From: an uncultured Acidobacteriota bacterium
Lineage (GTDB): Bacteria > Acidobacteriota > JAQAZP01
DNA: 64,000 nucleotides
NCBI GenBank assembly: GCA_963836075.1
Contig: CAWIIB010000009.1
Coordinates: 384,001-448,000 of the forward strand
Direction of reading: 5' to 3'
Each line of letters opens with the position of its first letter. Positions within the stretch are counted from its first letter, which is position 1. The notes beneath the pieces were generated by a model, which saw nothing but the letters and a program-made list of their open reading frames with translations, was not told where the DNA came from and did not search any database. Made by a program: the position numbers and the translations under genes. Shown here piece after piece: positions 1 to 9,911 of the stretch.

Positions 1-499
1 CTTCCTCATCCGGCCGGACGACGTGCCGAACATGAACCAGATGATCGACGCGGTGAGCCGCGACGGCTACGTCATCGCCCAGGCCTACCTGCCGGCGGCG
101 GAACAGGGTGACATGCGGCTCTTCCTGATGAACGGCCAGCCGCTGCGCGAGAAGGGAAAATACGCCGCCTTCCGCCGGGTGCGCACCGGGGGCGACATGC
201 GCTCGAACATCCACGCCGGTGGCAAGCTGGCCGCGGCGGTGGTGGACGAAGAAGCGCTGCGCATCGTCGAGATCGTGCGGCCGAAGATCGTCCAGGACGG
301 GATGTTCCTGGTGGGCCTGGACATCGTCGGTGACAAGCTGATGGAGATCAACGTCTTCAGCCCCGGCGGGCTGGGCAGCGCGCAGAAGTTCACCGGGGTC
401 AACTTCAGCCGTACGGTGATCAGGGCCCTGGAGCGCAAGGTGCAGTACATGGAGTTCTACCGCCGCAACTTCGACAACGCGGAAATGGCCACTTTGTAA
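1..499 (+). CDS. gshB: Glutathione synthetase-like ATP-grasp ligase, C-terminal part (5' end outside window)
   Basis: Open from base 2; motifs QAYLP..GDMRLFL, DMRSNIHAGG, VGLDIVGDKLMEINVFSPGG typical of GshB ATP-grasp domain. Confidence 0.8.
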   Translation, partial: FLIRPDDVPNMNQMIDAVSRDGYVIAQAYLPAAEQGDMRLFLMNGQPLREKGKYAAFRRVRTGGDMRSNIHAGGKLAAAVVDEEALRIVEIVRPKIVQDGMFLVGLDIVGDKLMEINVFSPGGLGSAQKFTGVNFSRTVIRALERKVQYMEFYRRNFDNAEMATL

Positions 500-778
500 G
501 CTGCACCGGCTGCATCTTGCCGAAACAAAGTGCTAATCTGCTTGCGCGCCTGCGGACCGATTGACAGGCAGGTTATTATTTACGGAGCAGACAAGCAATA
601 TATTATGACAAAAAACTTACACTCCCGGCAGCTGAACGCAATCCGGAATCCGGTTTGAATGTACCCGTCGGGACCCTGGCTTCGCGGACGAGCGGACCAG
701 ACCGCTCTGTGTGCCGCACTTCCCAGGCCTGCCGGCCAGGAAGAAGGGTGGGGTGCAGACCGCTAACGGAGGTGTCCG

Positions 779-1606
779 ATGGAATTTGAAAACTGGAGCT
801 CGGCCCTGAAGAACATGGCGGAACAGCTCTGGAACGGCTTTCTGGCATACCTGCCGCAATTGGCCCTCGTCATCGTATTGCTGCTGGCCGGGTGGGCCCT
901 GGGCCGGCTGGCCCGCAGGCTGGTCAGCAGGCTCATTCTGCGTCACGCCCGCGGCCGAAAAGGGCCCGCCATGGAGCAGGCGCTGCAAGAATCCGGGGTG
1001 GACCGGATGGCCGCCGAGATTTTCGGGCGGATCGCTTTCTGGTTCGTGCTGATCTTCTTCGCCGCCCTGGCCGGAGAAGTTCTCGGACTGGCCGTGGTTT
1101 CCCGTGGTCTCGCCGTGCTGATCCTCTACCTGCCACGCGTACTGGCCGCGGGGCTGATCGCCTTCGCCGGTCTGCTGATGAGCAACCTGGCCCGGGACGC
1201 GGTGATGACGCTGAGCAGTTCGAACCGTTTCAGTGGGAAGGTTCCGGCACAACTGGTCCGCTACGCCATCCTGCTGCTCACCACCGTCGTGGCCCTGGAT
1301 CAGATCGGGATCGACAGCACGCTGCTGATCCTGGCCACGGGAATCGTGCTTGCCGCGCTGCTGGGCAGCGCGACGCTCGCCGTCGGTCTCGGCGCGCGGA
1401 CCGAGGTGGGCAATATCATCGCCCTGCACTATCTGGCCAAGTCCTATTCGGTGGGCCAGCGAATCCGGATCGGGGATGTGGAAGGCCGCATCGTGGAGCT
1501 CGGCACCACCGGAGTGGTCCTGGACACCGCACAGGGACGGACAACCATCCCCGGCAAGGAATTCAGCACGCGCAGCTCCTGTCTGCTCGACGAGACGGCG
1601 CCATGA
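779..1606 (+). CDS. Small-conductance mechanosensitive channel family protein (CmpX-like TM repeats + MscS beta domain)
   Basis: GGAGG RBS; repeated YLPxL/YLPRVLAA TM units; C-terminal YSVGQRIRIGDVEGRIVELG. Confidence 0.8.
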   Translation: MEFENWSSALKNMAEQLWNGFLAYLPQLALVIVLLLAGWALGRLARRLVSRLILRHARGRKGPAMEQALQESGVDRMAAEIFGRIAFWFVLIFFAALAGEVLGLAVVSRGLAVLILYLPRVLAAGLIAFAGLLMSNLARDAVMTLSSSNRFSGKVPAQLVRYAILLLTTVVALDQIGIDSTLLILATGIVLAALLGSATLAVGLGARTEVGNIIALHYLAKSYSVGQRIRIGDVEGRIVELGTTGVVLDTAQGRTTIPGKEFSTRSSCLLDETAP

Positions 1607-2469
1607 AAATCGAAAACACCTTGTCGAATCTCTACCTGGAGAGCCATCCGGATGACGCGGCGCGGGCCCTGGAAGGCCTTCCGCTGGAGCAGGCTGCCGC
1701 ACTTCTCGAGACCGCACCGGCCGCAGCCGCCTCAAAGGCGCTGGATCGGATGGAACCGGCAAGGTCGGTGGAACTGCTGAAGCTGTTTTCCACGGCTCGT
1801 GTCGGTGAAATTCTCGAGATTCTGCCCCCCGAATCGGCGGTTCAGCTGATGCTCAGGCTGGAGCCGGAGGAGCGCGAGCTGCTGCTCGGCAGCGCGTCGG
1901 AAGCCACGGCCGACCGGCTGCGGCGACTGCTCACCTATCCCGAAGACAGTGCCGGCCGGCTGATGGATCCGCGGGTGATGGCTTTTCCCGAGGATCTCGA
2001 GGTCGCCGAGGCGGTGCGCCGGCTCCGCCGCCACAATCACCAGCTTCGCTACTACCTCTACGTTACCGACCCGGAGCACAGGCTGATCGGCGTGCTCTCC
2101 CTGCGTGAACTGATGGCCGCTCCGCCGGACGAACGCCTGGCGCCACGGTTTCGCCGGCCGGTGACCCGGCTCAGCGTCAGGGATACCCGCTCGACAGTCC
2201 TGCAGCACCCCGGGTGGTTGAAGTACCATGCGCTCCCGGTGACCGGCGGTTCAGGGATCCTGGTCGGCGTCTTGCGCTACAAGACCTTACGGAAGCTGGA
2301 AGGCGAAACAGCAACCACACGGCCTTCCGATCTCATCGGATTGGGGTCGGCGCTGGGCGAAGCCTGGGTCGGCATATCCGGACTGCTGTTCGACGGGTTT
2401 GCCGGATCCCTGCACGGGAGCCGCGAATTCAGGGCCGGCAAGGGAGGGGAGACAAACCATGGTGCATGA
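1603..2469 (+). CDS. MgtE N-terminal + CBS-pair protein lacking the MgtE membrane domain
   Basis: ATG overlaps upstream stop (ATGA); HPDDAARAL, YPEDSAGRLMDP, YLYVTD..LIGVLSLREL; no MgtE TM5 motif. Confidence 0.8.
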   Translation: MKIENTLSNLYLESHPDDAARALEGLPLEQAAALLETAPAAAASKALDRMEPARSVELLKLFSTARVGEILEILPPESAVQLMLRLEPEERELLLGSASEATADRLRRLLTYPEDSAGRLMDPRVMAFPEDLEVAEAVRRLRRHNHQLRYYLYVTDPEHRLIGVLSLRELMAAPPDERLAPRFRRPVTRLSVRDTRSTVLQHPGWLKYHALPVTGGSGILVGVLRYKTLRKLEGETATTRPSDLIGLGSALGEAWVGISGLLFDGFAGSLHGSREFRAGKGGETNHGA

Positions 2470-3766
2470 ATCCCCCACCGCCGAATTCGCGCTTGCCGTC
2501 GAGTCGCTACAGCGATACCCGGAGGAGACCGCGCACCTGCTCGAGGAGGCCCCGCTTGGGGATAGCGCGGCCCTGGTCGCCCCTCTGACGGCAACGAAAG
2601 CCGTGGCGGTGCTCGTGCGGCTCACACCGGAGACGGCCAGCCGGTTGCTGGGACAACTGCCTGACCAGAAGGCCGGGGCGATTCTTGCTGCCTTCGATCC
2701 CGCTCGGGCTGCGGCAGTCCTGGCCAGGATGGATGCCGAAGCGCGGGAACGGCTGATCGGCCTGCTCAAGCCCGCCCAGGGAGCTGAACTGCGGGCCCTG
2801 GGCGAGTATCCGCCGGAGAGCGCCGGGGCGAACATGGATCCCCAGGTGATGGCCGTGCAACCGCAGGTCACCGTGAGCCGAACCCTGGCCAGGCTTCGCA
2901 CCTACCGCGACAAACGGGTGCGCCGTGTCTACGTTGTCGATGACGAAAACCGGCTGTTGGGTTCGGTGCGGCTGCACGATCTCGCCGTGTCAAAACCGTC
3001 ACAGAAGATAGAGGAACTGATGGAGCCGGGATCGGTGGCCGTGGCTGACACCGCCAGCCGGGATGAGGTGGTGGAGACCCTGACCAGCACCAGGCTTCCC
3101 AGCATTCCGGTGGTGGACTTCGACGGCCGGCTGGTGGGCGTGATCCGCGACGATAAGCTGCTGGCCGCCGTTCAGGCCGAAACCAGCGCTGACATGCAGG
3201 CGATGGTCGGGGCGAGCCGTGATGAGCGCGCGCTCTCCCCGGTGTCCTTCGCCGTTCGCAAGCGCCTGCCCTGGCTGGAGGTCAACCTGCTGACCGCCTT
3301 TCTGGCGGCAGCCGTTGTCGGGCTGTTCGAGGACACCATCGCCCGGTTCACCGCGCTTGCCGTACTGCTGCCCGTGGTCGCCGGCCAGTCGGGGAACACC
3401 GGCGCCCAGGCGCTGGCGGTCACCATGCGCGGCCTGGCCCTGCGCGAGATCCGCACCCGCCACTGGATGAAGGTCGCTTCGAAAGAAGTTCGGGTCGCCT
3501 TCCTCAACAGCGTGGCGGTGTCGCTGACAACATCGGCGGCAGTCTTTGTCTGGAGCCGGTCCGCCGGCTTGACCCTGGTCATCGGCATATCCATGATACT
3601 CTCCATGGTGGCCGCGGGCCTCTCCGGTGCGGCGATTCCACTATTGCTTACCGCAATCCGTCAGGATCCCGCACAGTCGTCGTCGATTATTTTGACCACG
3701 GTCACCGACGTGGTTGGTTTCTTCAGTTTTCTGGGTATCGCCACACTTTTATCCGGCATGATCTGA
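2459..3766 (+). CDS. mgtE: Magnesium transporter MgtE
   Basis: N domain, CBS pair, RKRLPWL, GQSGNTGAQ, DPAQSS..TTVTDVVGFF (Mg-binding Asp of TM5). Confidence 0.92.
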   Translation: MVHESPTAEFALAVESLQRYPEETAHLLEEAPLGDSAALVAPLTATKAVAVLVRLTPETASRLLGQLPDQKAGAILAAFDPARAAAVLARMDAEARERLIGLLKPAQGAELRALGEYPPESAGANMDPQVMAVQPQVTVSRTLARLRTYRDKRVRRVYVVDDENRLLGSVRLHDLAVSKPSQKIEELMEPGSVAVADTASRDEVVETLTSTRLPSIPVVDFDGRLVGVIRDDKLLAAVQAETSADMQAMVGASRDERALSPVSFAVRKRLPWLEVNLLTAFLAAAVVGLFEDTIARFTALAVLLPVVAGQSGNTGAQALAVTMRGLALREIRTRHWMKVASKEVRVAFLNSVAVSLTTSAAVFVWSRSAGLTLVIGISMILSMVAAGLSGAAIPLLLTAIRQDPAQSSSIILTTVTDVVGFFSFLGIATLLSGMI

Positions 3767-3790
3767 TTCCATGCCGCCGGGAGAAATGAA

Positions 3791-5125
3791 ATGGAACGCC
3801 ACGTGCTCATGAACCTTCTGTGGGTCGGGTTCGCCCTGGGCCTCGTCGCACTGAACGGCTTCTTCGTTGCCGCGGAGTTCGCGCTGATCAAGGTCCGGCC
3901 GGCCCGCCTGGCACAGCTGGTCCGTCAGGGAAAAGGTGTCGCGAGAACCACCCAGTGGCTGGCCAAGCGGATGGACCGTTCCCTCTCCGCCTGCCAGCTG
4001 GGAATCACCATGGCCTCCCTCGGCCTGGGCTGGATCGGGGAGCCGGCGGTGGCCCGCCTGGTGGAGCCGCTGTTCCGCTTTGCAGGGGTGACCACACCAG
4101 CGGTGGTGCACGGCGTATCGTTCGCCATCTCATTCACTCTGATCACCGCCGCGCACCTGGTGCTCGGCGAGCAGGCGCCGAAGATCTTTGCCATCCGGCG
4201 GCCGGAGCAGATGGCCATGTGGATCGCCGTGCCGCTGAAGACCTTTTACCTGATATCCTTCCCGCTGCTCCGGGCCCTCGATATCATGACCTCGACACTG
4301 CTGCGCACCGTCGGCGTGACAGCCACCTCCGATCACGAAAGCCCCCACTCCCCGGAGGAACTGCGCACTCTGGCCAGCCAGGCCCGCACCCACGGCGAGC
4401 TGAGTTCGTGGGAGCACCGGCTGGTGGAGGCGGCGTTCGATTTCGAGGAAACGGTCTGCCGCCAGATCATGGTTCCGCGCACCGAGGTGGTCTTCATCGA
4501 TATCAACACCCCGCTAGAAGAAATACGTAAGGTGATGAGGAAGTCGCTTCACACGCGGTACCCGGTCGGAGACGGCTCGCTGGACAAGATACACGGAATC
4601 TTGCACGTCAAGGACCTGGTCGGTATCCCCGAAGGGCGCGACCTGCGCTCGATCCTGCGCCCGCCGCGATACGTACCGGAGACCGCCCACATCAGCAAGC
4701 TGCTGGGCCACTTCCAGTCCACCCGGCAGCACATGGCGCTGGTCGTCGACGAGCACGGGATGATGGTCGGGATCGTCACCATGGAGAACGTGCTCGAAAA
4801 AATCGTCGGCCCGGTTCGCGACGAATTCGACGTGGAGATGCCCGATATCGTGCCCGAAGGAACCGGTCAGCTGATGATCAAGGGCAAAACGCCCATCGCC
4901 GAACTGGCCGAAGCGCTTGGCCAGCCTATCGATGCGGAGGGTTTTGACACGGTGGGGGGGCTGATGGCCGACCGCCTGGGAAAGATACCTGCCGTGGGTG
5001 AACGGATACAGCTGGACGGGTATGAGCTGGTGGTCACCCAGGTGCGGCACAACCACGCCACGCGGATCAGGGCGGTGGTGAAACGGGATCCGAACGCGGG
5101 CGCCGAGCCGGCCGACCCGGCCTGA
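3791..5125 (+). CDS. Hemolysin-family CNNM/CBS/CorC transporter
   Basis: NGFFVAAEFAL, CQLGITMASLGLGWIGEP, GEQAPK, IMVPRTE, VVDEHG, CorC-like DTVGG. Confidence 0.92.
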   Translation: MERHVLMNLLWVGFALGLVALNGFFVAAEFALIKVRPARLAQLVRQGKGVARTTQWLAKRMDRSLSACQLGITMASLGLGWIGEPAVARLVEPLFRFAGVTTPAVVHGVSFAISFTLITAAHLVLGEQAPKIFAIRRPEQMAMWIAVPLKTFYLISFPLLRALDIMTSTLLRTVGVTATSDHESPHSPEELRTLASQARTHGELSSWEHRLVEAAFDFEETVCRQIMVPRTEVVFIDINTPLEEIRKVMRKSLHTRYPVGDGSLDKIHGILHVKDLVGIPEGRDLRSILRPPRYVPETAHISKLLGHFQSTRQHMALVVDEHGMMVGIVTMENVLEKIVGPVRDEFDVEMPDIVPEGTGQLMIKGKTPIAELAEALGQPIDAEGFDTVGGLMADRLGKIPAVGERIQLDGYELVVTQVRHNHATRIRAVVKRDPNAGAEPADPA

Positions 5126-5201
5126 CCACCATCCGGACTGAATGCGGCCGAGCTGACACCCCTGTTGCTGCCGAACGGTGAGTTGCGCGAGGAGGCCGAA
5201 A

Positions 5202-6014
5202 ATGACCAATCTGAACATCCTGGTGATACACGGTATGGGCTCGCAGGAGAAGTATTACTCCCACCCGATGCGCGAGGAGATCAAGGACCGGCTGGGCCAC
5301 GACCTGGAGGGGCGGGTGACCTGGGGCGAGGTCTACTGGGCCGACGTGCTCAAGGCCCGGCAGACCGAATACCTCAACGAGGCCAAGCAGAACAACGATC
5401 TCGACTTCATCTCCATGCGCCGCTTCATGGTCAACTCGGTGAGCGACGCCTCGGCCTACCGCAAGACCGCGGACAAGAGAGACACGGTCTACGACGACAT
5501 CCACGCCAAGGTGGACCGGGCGATGGCCGACCTCGACGACCCGTCCGACCCCAAACGGCCGTTGGTGGTGCTGGCCCACTCGCTGGGCGGGCACATCATG
5601 TCCAGCTACATCTGGGACCTGCAAAAGCCCGGCGCCGCCCCGGCCGGTGCCAGCGACTTCCGCCGCATGAAAACCCTGGCCGGGATGGTGACCTTCGGCT
5701 GCAACATCCCCTTCTTCACCTTCGCCTTCAGGAAGAGCGACATCAAACCGATCAAGTTCCCCGGCAGCAAGCTGCCCCAGGCGCTGAAGGAGGAGGCCCG
5801 CTGGCTCAACTTCTTCGACCCCGACGACATCCTCGGCTACCCCCTGCGGCCGATAAACTTCGCCTACCGCAAGATCGTCGACGAGGATATCGCGATCAAC
5901 GTCGGCGGGCTCAACTCCAGCTGGAACCCACTGTCCCACACCAAGTACTGGACCGACAACGACTTCACCAAACCGGTGGCCGCCTTCATCGAGAAGCTGC
6001 TGCTGGCGGGGTGA
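5202..6014 (+). CDS. Alpha/beta-hydrolase fold protein
   Basis: GGAGG RBS; VIHGMG, nucleophile elbow AHSLG, FFDPDDILGYPL, terminal SHTKYW; strong GC3 bias. Confidence 0.75.
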   Translation: MTNLNILVIHGMGSQEKYYSHPMREEIKDRLGHDLEGRVTWGEVYWADVLKARQTEYLNEAKQNNDLDFISMRRFMVNSVSDASAYRKTADKRDTVYDDIHAKVDRAMADLDDPSDPKRPLVVLAHSLGGHIMSSYIWDLQKPGAAPAGASDFRRMKTLAGMVTFGCNIPFFTFAFRKSDIKPIKFPGSKLPQALKEEARWLNFFDPDDILGYPLRPINFAYRKIVDEDIAINVGGLNSSWNPLSHTKYWTDNDFTKPVAAFIEKLLLAG

Positions 6015-6186
6015 GGGGGGGAAGGGAGGGGAATTTACATCGTTGGTTCCATCAGAGCAGCATCGGCTTCGACCAAAACAGAATCCAAATCGTGATCCTC
6101 GCCAGCGGCAATTTCCATTTCGCCTCTAGTCAACAGGTTCAGGATTTGACGTAGTTGCTCCTGAAGATCGTAATCACAACTATCGC

Positions 6187-6444
6187 TCAATGATACACAT
6201 CTTTCCGGTGCCCCACCTTCACGACAATGACCACGAGCTCTCCATCACGTATGGCATATATGATGCGATATCGCCCTTGACGAATACGATAGCGTTCCTG
6301 CCCCGTCAGCTTCTCGCATCCAGCGGGACGCGGGTCTTCGGAAAGCAGCCTGAAGCATTTCAGTAGTCTGGCCACGTCCTTTTTCGGCAGCAACCGAAGA
6401 TCCTTGGCCACCGATTTCCTGAAGAGGAGCTTATATTTTGCCAT
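6187..6444 (-). CDS. relE: Type II toxin, RelE/ParE family
   Basis: 85 aa basic; PRPAGCEKL, YRIRQGRYRIIY, VKVGHRKDVY. Confidence 0.92.
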   Translation of the reverse strand: MAKYKLLFRKSVAKDLRLLPKKDVARLLKCFRLLSEDPRPAGCEKLTGQERYRIRQGRYRIIYAIRDGELVVIVVKVGHRKDVYH

Positions 6445-6664
6445 GCTTCTTCAGGTCCTTGAGCAACGCCTCGTAGCTCATCGTCGGCTCGGCCACCCGC
6501 TCCTCGAACGCAGCCAGGTCTTCCTGGTCCTCGCTCAATGTTCTCCGGACCGCCTTGTTCACCAGCCCTGAGATCGACTCTCTGGTGTGAGCCGCCTTGA
6601 CCCTCAGGGCCTGGTGCAAGTCCGGGTCGAAATAGATTGTGCAGCGGATTGATTCCTTGTCCAT
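6431..6664 (-). CDS. Antitoxin, CopG/ribbon-helix-helix type
   Basis: RCTIYFDPDLHQALRVKAA..SISGLVNKAVR; acidic tail; overlaps toxin; AGGAGG RBS. Confidence 0.88.
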   Translation of the reverse strand: MDKESIRCTIYFDPDLHQALRVKAAHTRESISGLVNKAVRRTLSEDQEDLAAFEERVAEPTMSYEALLKDLKKHGKI

Positions 6665-6677
6665 CGGGATTACCTCC

Positions 6678-6730
6678 TGATGATGTTATAAGGTTTTTAA
6701 TGTTATGATGTCAAGATGTCAAAAATGACA
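6678..6730. promoter_or_regulatory. Probable RelBE-type operator/promoter with short direct repeats
   Basis: AT-rich stretch with repeated ATGTTAT / GATGTCAA units just upstream of the antitoxin. Confidence 0.45.
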
Positions 6731-6837
6731 TAAATCCGATTCCAGGAAATTGCCACCCCGACGGCGGCGCCGACTCCTCTCAAGGAACAATACGACCGGG
6801 GCGGTCAGTATGCAGCTTTAAAAATGAATGGTTTCTG

Positions 6838-7548
6838 TCACCCGCCAATGGAGATGCTGCCGCCCACCGTGCCGTGAATCTCGTGGCTCTCACCCGCCTC
6901 TCCACGCGAGGTGAAGGGGACGACCAGGACCTCGCCGCTCTTGCGCAGGGTGATCTCCAGCGTGTACGGTTCGCCGGGCTCCATGGTTCCCTTGAAGTAG
7001 AGCAGGTCCTTGACCCGGCGGTGACGGTGCACCTGGGCCGAGGTGACCAGGGCCGCGCCCGGCGGGGGAAAGAAGTTGGTGGGCACCAGGTGCGAGTTGC
7101 GGGTGAAGCGACCGCCAAAGGTGGTGAAGTCGAGGTGCTGCTGGTCACGGCGCATGTGGGGATAGTTCTTGCGCAGTTCTGCGAGACCAGCCATGGGGAT
7201 CTCGTTGCCGTAGCGGTCGAGGAGGCGGATCCGGTCGCGGTCGACGTAGAAGGCCTTGGCCTTGCGGTTCCAGACACCGAAGATCAGGGAGATGTAACCG
7301 GTGGGCTTTTCGTCCGGCTTCATATCGACGATCCGTGTGCTGACATAGAGATTGATCCGCTCGCCCTTGGCCCTGATGAAATCGTCGTGCCGGGTGATCT
7401 CGTACTCTTCCTTCTCCAGCGTGTCGTCATCGTCAGCGGTCACGGTTGCCGGCAGCAGGAGGACGAGACAACAGACGGCCACCGCGGCAACCAGCAACAC
7501 CGCACCAGTTCGCCGTGCCCTGGCTGGCCTAAACGTGGCATTCACCAT
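6838..7548 (-). CDS. Hypothetical secreted protein
   Basis: Basic N-terminus + hydrophobic stretch + VTA-D cleavage site; GC3-biased codons; family not recognised. Confidence 0.65.
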   Translation of the reverse strand: MVNATFRPARARRTGAVLLVAAVAVCCLVLLLPATVTADDDDTLEKEEYEITRHDDFIRAKGERINLYVSTRIVDMKPDEKPTGYISLIFGVWNRKAKAFYVDRDRIRLLDRYGNEIPMAGLAELRKNYPHMRRDQQHLDFTTFGGRFTRNSHLVPTNFFPPPGAALVTSAQVHRHRRVKDLLYFKGTMEPGEPYTLEITLRKSGEVLVVPFTSRGEAGESHEIHGTVGGSISIGG

Positions 7549-7605
7549 CCGCAGCCCTCCTCTTTCCCGAAAATTGCCAATATTGGAGCATCCCCTCGTC
7601 GTATC

Positions 7606-7691
7606 GGGGACGTACATAAAAAGTATAAGAAGTCGGACCCGAAGCGAAGGGAGGACAGGCCCGACTTTTTATACTTTTTATGTACGTCCCC
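7606..7691. repeat. 31-bp inverted repeat element (GGGACGTACAT family, copy 1)
   Basis: GGGGACGTACATAAAAAGTATAAGAAGTCGG ... CCGACTTTTTATACTTTTTATGTACGTCCCC, one mismatch, 24-nt spacer. Confidence 0.9.
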
Positions 7692-7693
7692 CA

Positions 7694-8869
<1,176 letters not shown>

Positions 8870-9087
8870 TGCCATCCTCCCCTGCCATCGCCCTGCGGTA
8901 CGATGAGCCATGTTGCTTTTGTTAAGAATAGAATGATATACATACCAGCAATCTCGACAATATTGTATTTCTCTAAATCACCTTAGATTACATCGGAAGT
9001 TTACCACCGAAATTATCGGAGTCAACAATTCCGGTCAATTTTTTTAAAAGATACCACATTACACGGTAAACTTAATACAGGCTTATA

Positions 9088-9100
9088 TAGCAACAACTTA
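9088..9100 (+). promoter_or_regulatory. Possible IHF site
   Basis: TAGCAACAACTTA, one mismatch to WATCAAN4TTR, ~40 bp upstream of the sigma54 site. Confidence 0.4.
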
Positions 9101-9137
9101 TGTCGGCTACAGCGCAGACGACCCGCTGTCGGCATAT

Positions 9138-9153
9138 TGGCACACTGATTGCA
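9138..9153 (+). promoter_or_regulatory. Sigma54 (-24/-12) promoter
   Basis: TGGCAC-ACTGA-TTGCA, exact consensus, divergent from a sigma54 activator gene. Confidence 0.8.
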
Positions 9154-9232
9154 TTACCCCCATACAGGGGTATACTTTAATTCAGGCCTTTCTACCAGAG
9201 GTGCTGGAAACGGTTATCCACGGAGAGAGGAA

Positions 9233-9337
9233 ATGAGCAAGAGCACTACCATAGACAGATTGCGCAAGCTGCGCACGGCGCTGAGCAAAAAAGCCGAACA
9301 GATCATCCGGGCCCTGGCCGCCGCCATGGTGGCCTGA
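9233..9337 (+). CDS. Putative 34-aa cationic amphipathic peptide MSKSTTIDRLRKLRTALSKKAEQIIRALAAAMVA
   Basis: GGAGAGAGG purine tract before ATG; only plausible ORF between sigma54 promoter and terminator. Confidence 0.55.
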   Translation: MSKSTTIDRLRKLRTALSKKAEQIIRALAAAMVA

Positions 9338-9446
9338 CCTCGGCAATCGAAGAGGAATTGCTCCACCGTGAAGCTTCGAGCAGTGGCATACAGGCCATGC
9401 CATTGCTGATGGCGCGGTGATCCCTGCAGTTTGTGAGCATAGTACC

Positions 9447-9492
9447 AGCACTCTCCTGGCGTACCAGCGCGTATCGGGAGGGTGCTTTTTTT
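9447..9492 (+). terminator. Intrinsic terminator
   Basis: AGCACTCTCC...GGGAGGGTGCT hairpin followed by T-run. Confidence 0.7.
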
Positions 9493-9550
9493 ATGTCCGC
9501 CCGGAAAGAGAGATCCCCGGACCTCCAGGGTGGAGCGTGAAGGCGAGACC

Positions 9551-9805
9551 TCAGTAATACTCGTCCATGGGCCCTGTTTTTGGCATCAAGGCGTCGGGGT
9601 AAAAATCGGCCACCTTCTCCCAGACAATGGTGCCATACTGCCGGTCAACCCTGAAATCGGTGAACCGCTTCAGTTCCTTGAGACGAGCAAAGGCTTCATC
9701 GTCGAGGTAAGTGGTGAAATCTATAGTAGTTCTCTCTCCATCCTCGTAGAGGATCTCGATCGTATACCCCCCCATGTGCCTGGCATCCTTGATCCGATGC
9801 ATCAC
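9551..9805 (-). CDS. DUF2442-family protein
   Basis: YTIEILYEDGE..IDF, AFARLKELKRF..FRVD..GTIVWE..DFYPDAL; GGAGG RBS. Confidence 0.75.
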   Translation of the reverse strand: MMHRIKDARHMGGYTIEILYEDGERTTIDFTTYLDDEAFARLKELKRFTDFRVDRQYGTIVWEKVADFYPDALMPKTGPMDEYY

Positions 9806-9911
9806 GTCACCTCCTGAGTTTTCAGGTATCTATATATAATACGGTTCCTTTTCGGAAAATGACCATCCTTTTTTTCGATTTTCTGCACATCTGCGCCCGG
9901 TTTTCCCCGGA

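Noticed and set aside
500-778. Possible Mg/Mn riboswitch (M-box or yybP-ykoY) in the leader of the MgtE operon
   Set aside because: Some GC hairpins and a TTGACA are present, but I could not see the conserved motifs of either family; needs an Rfam scan
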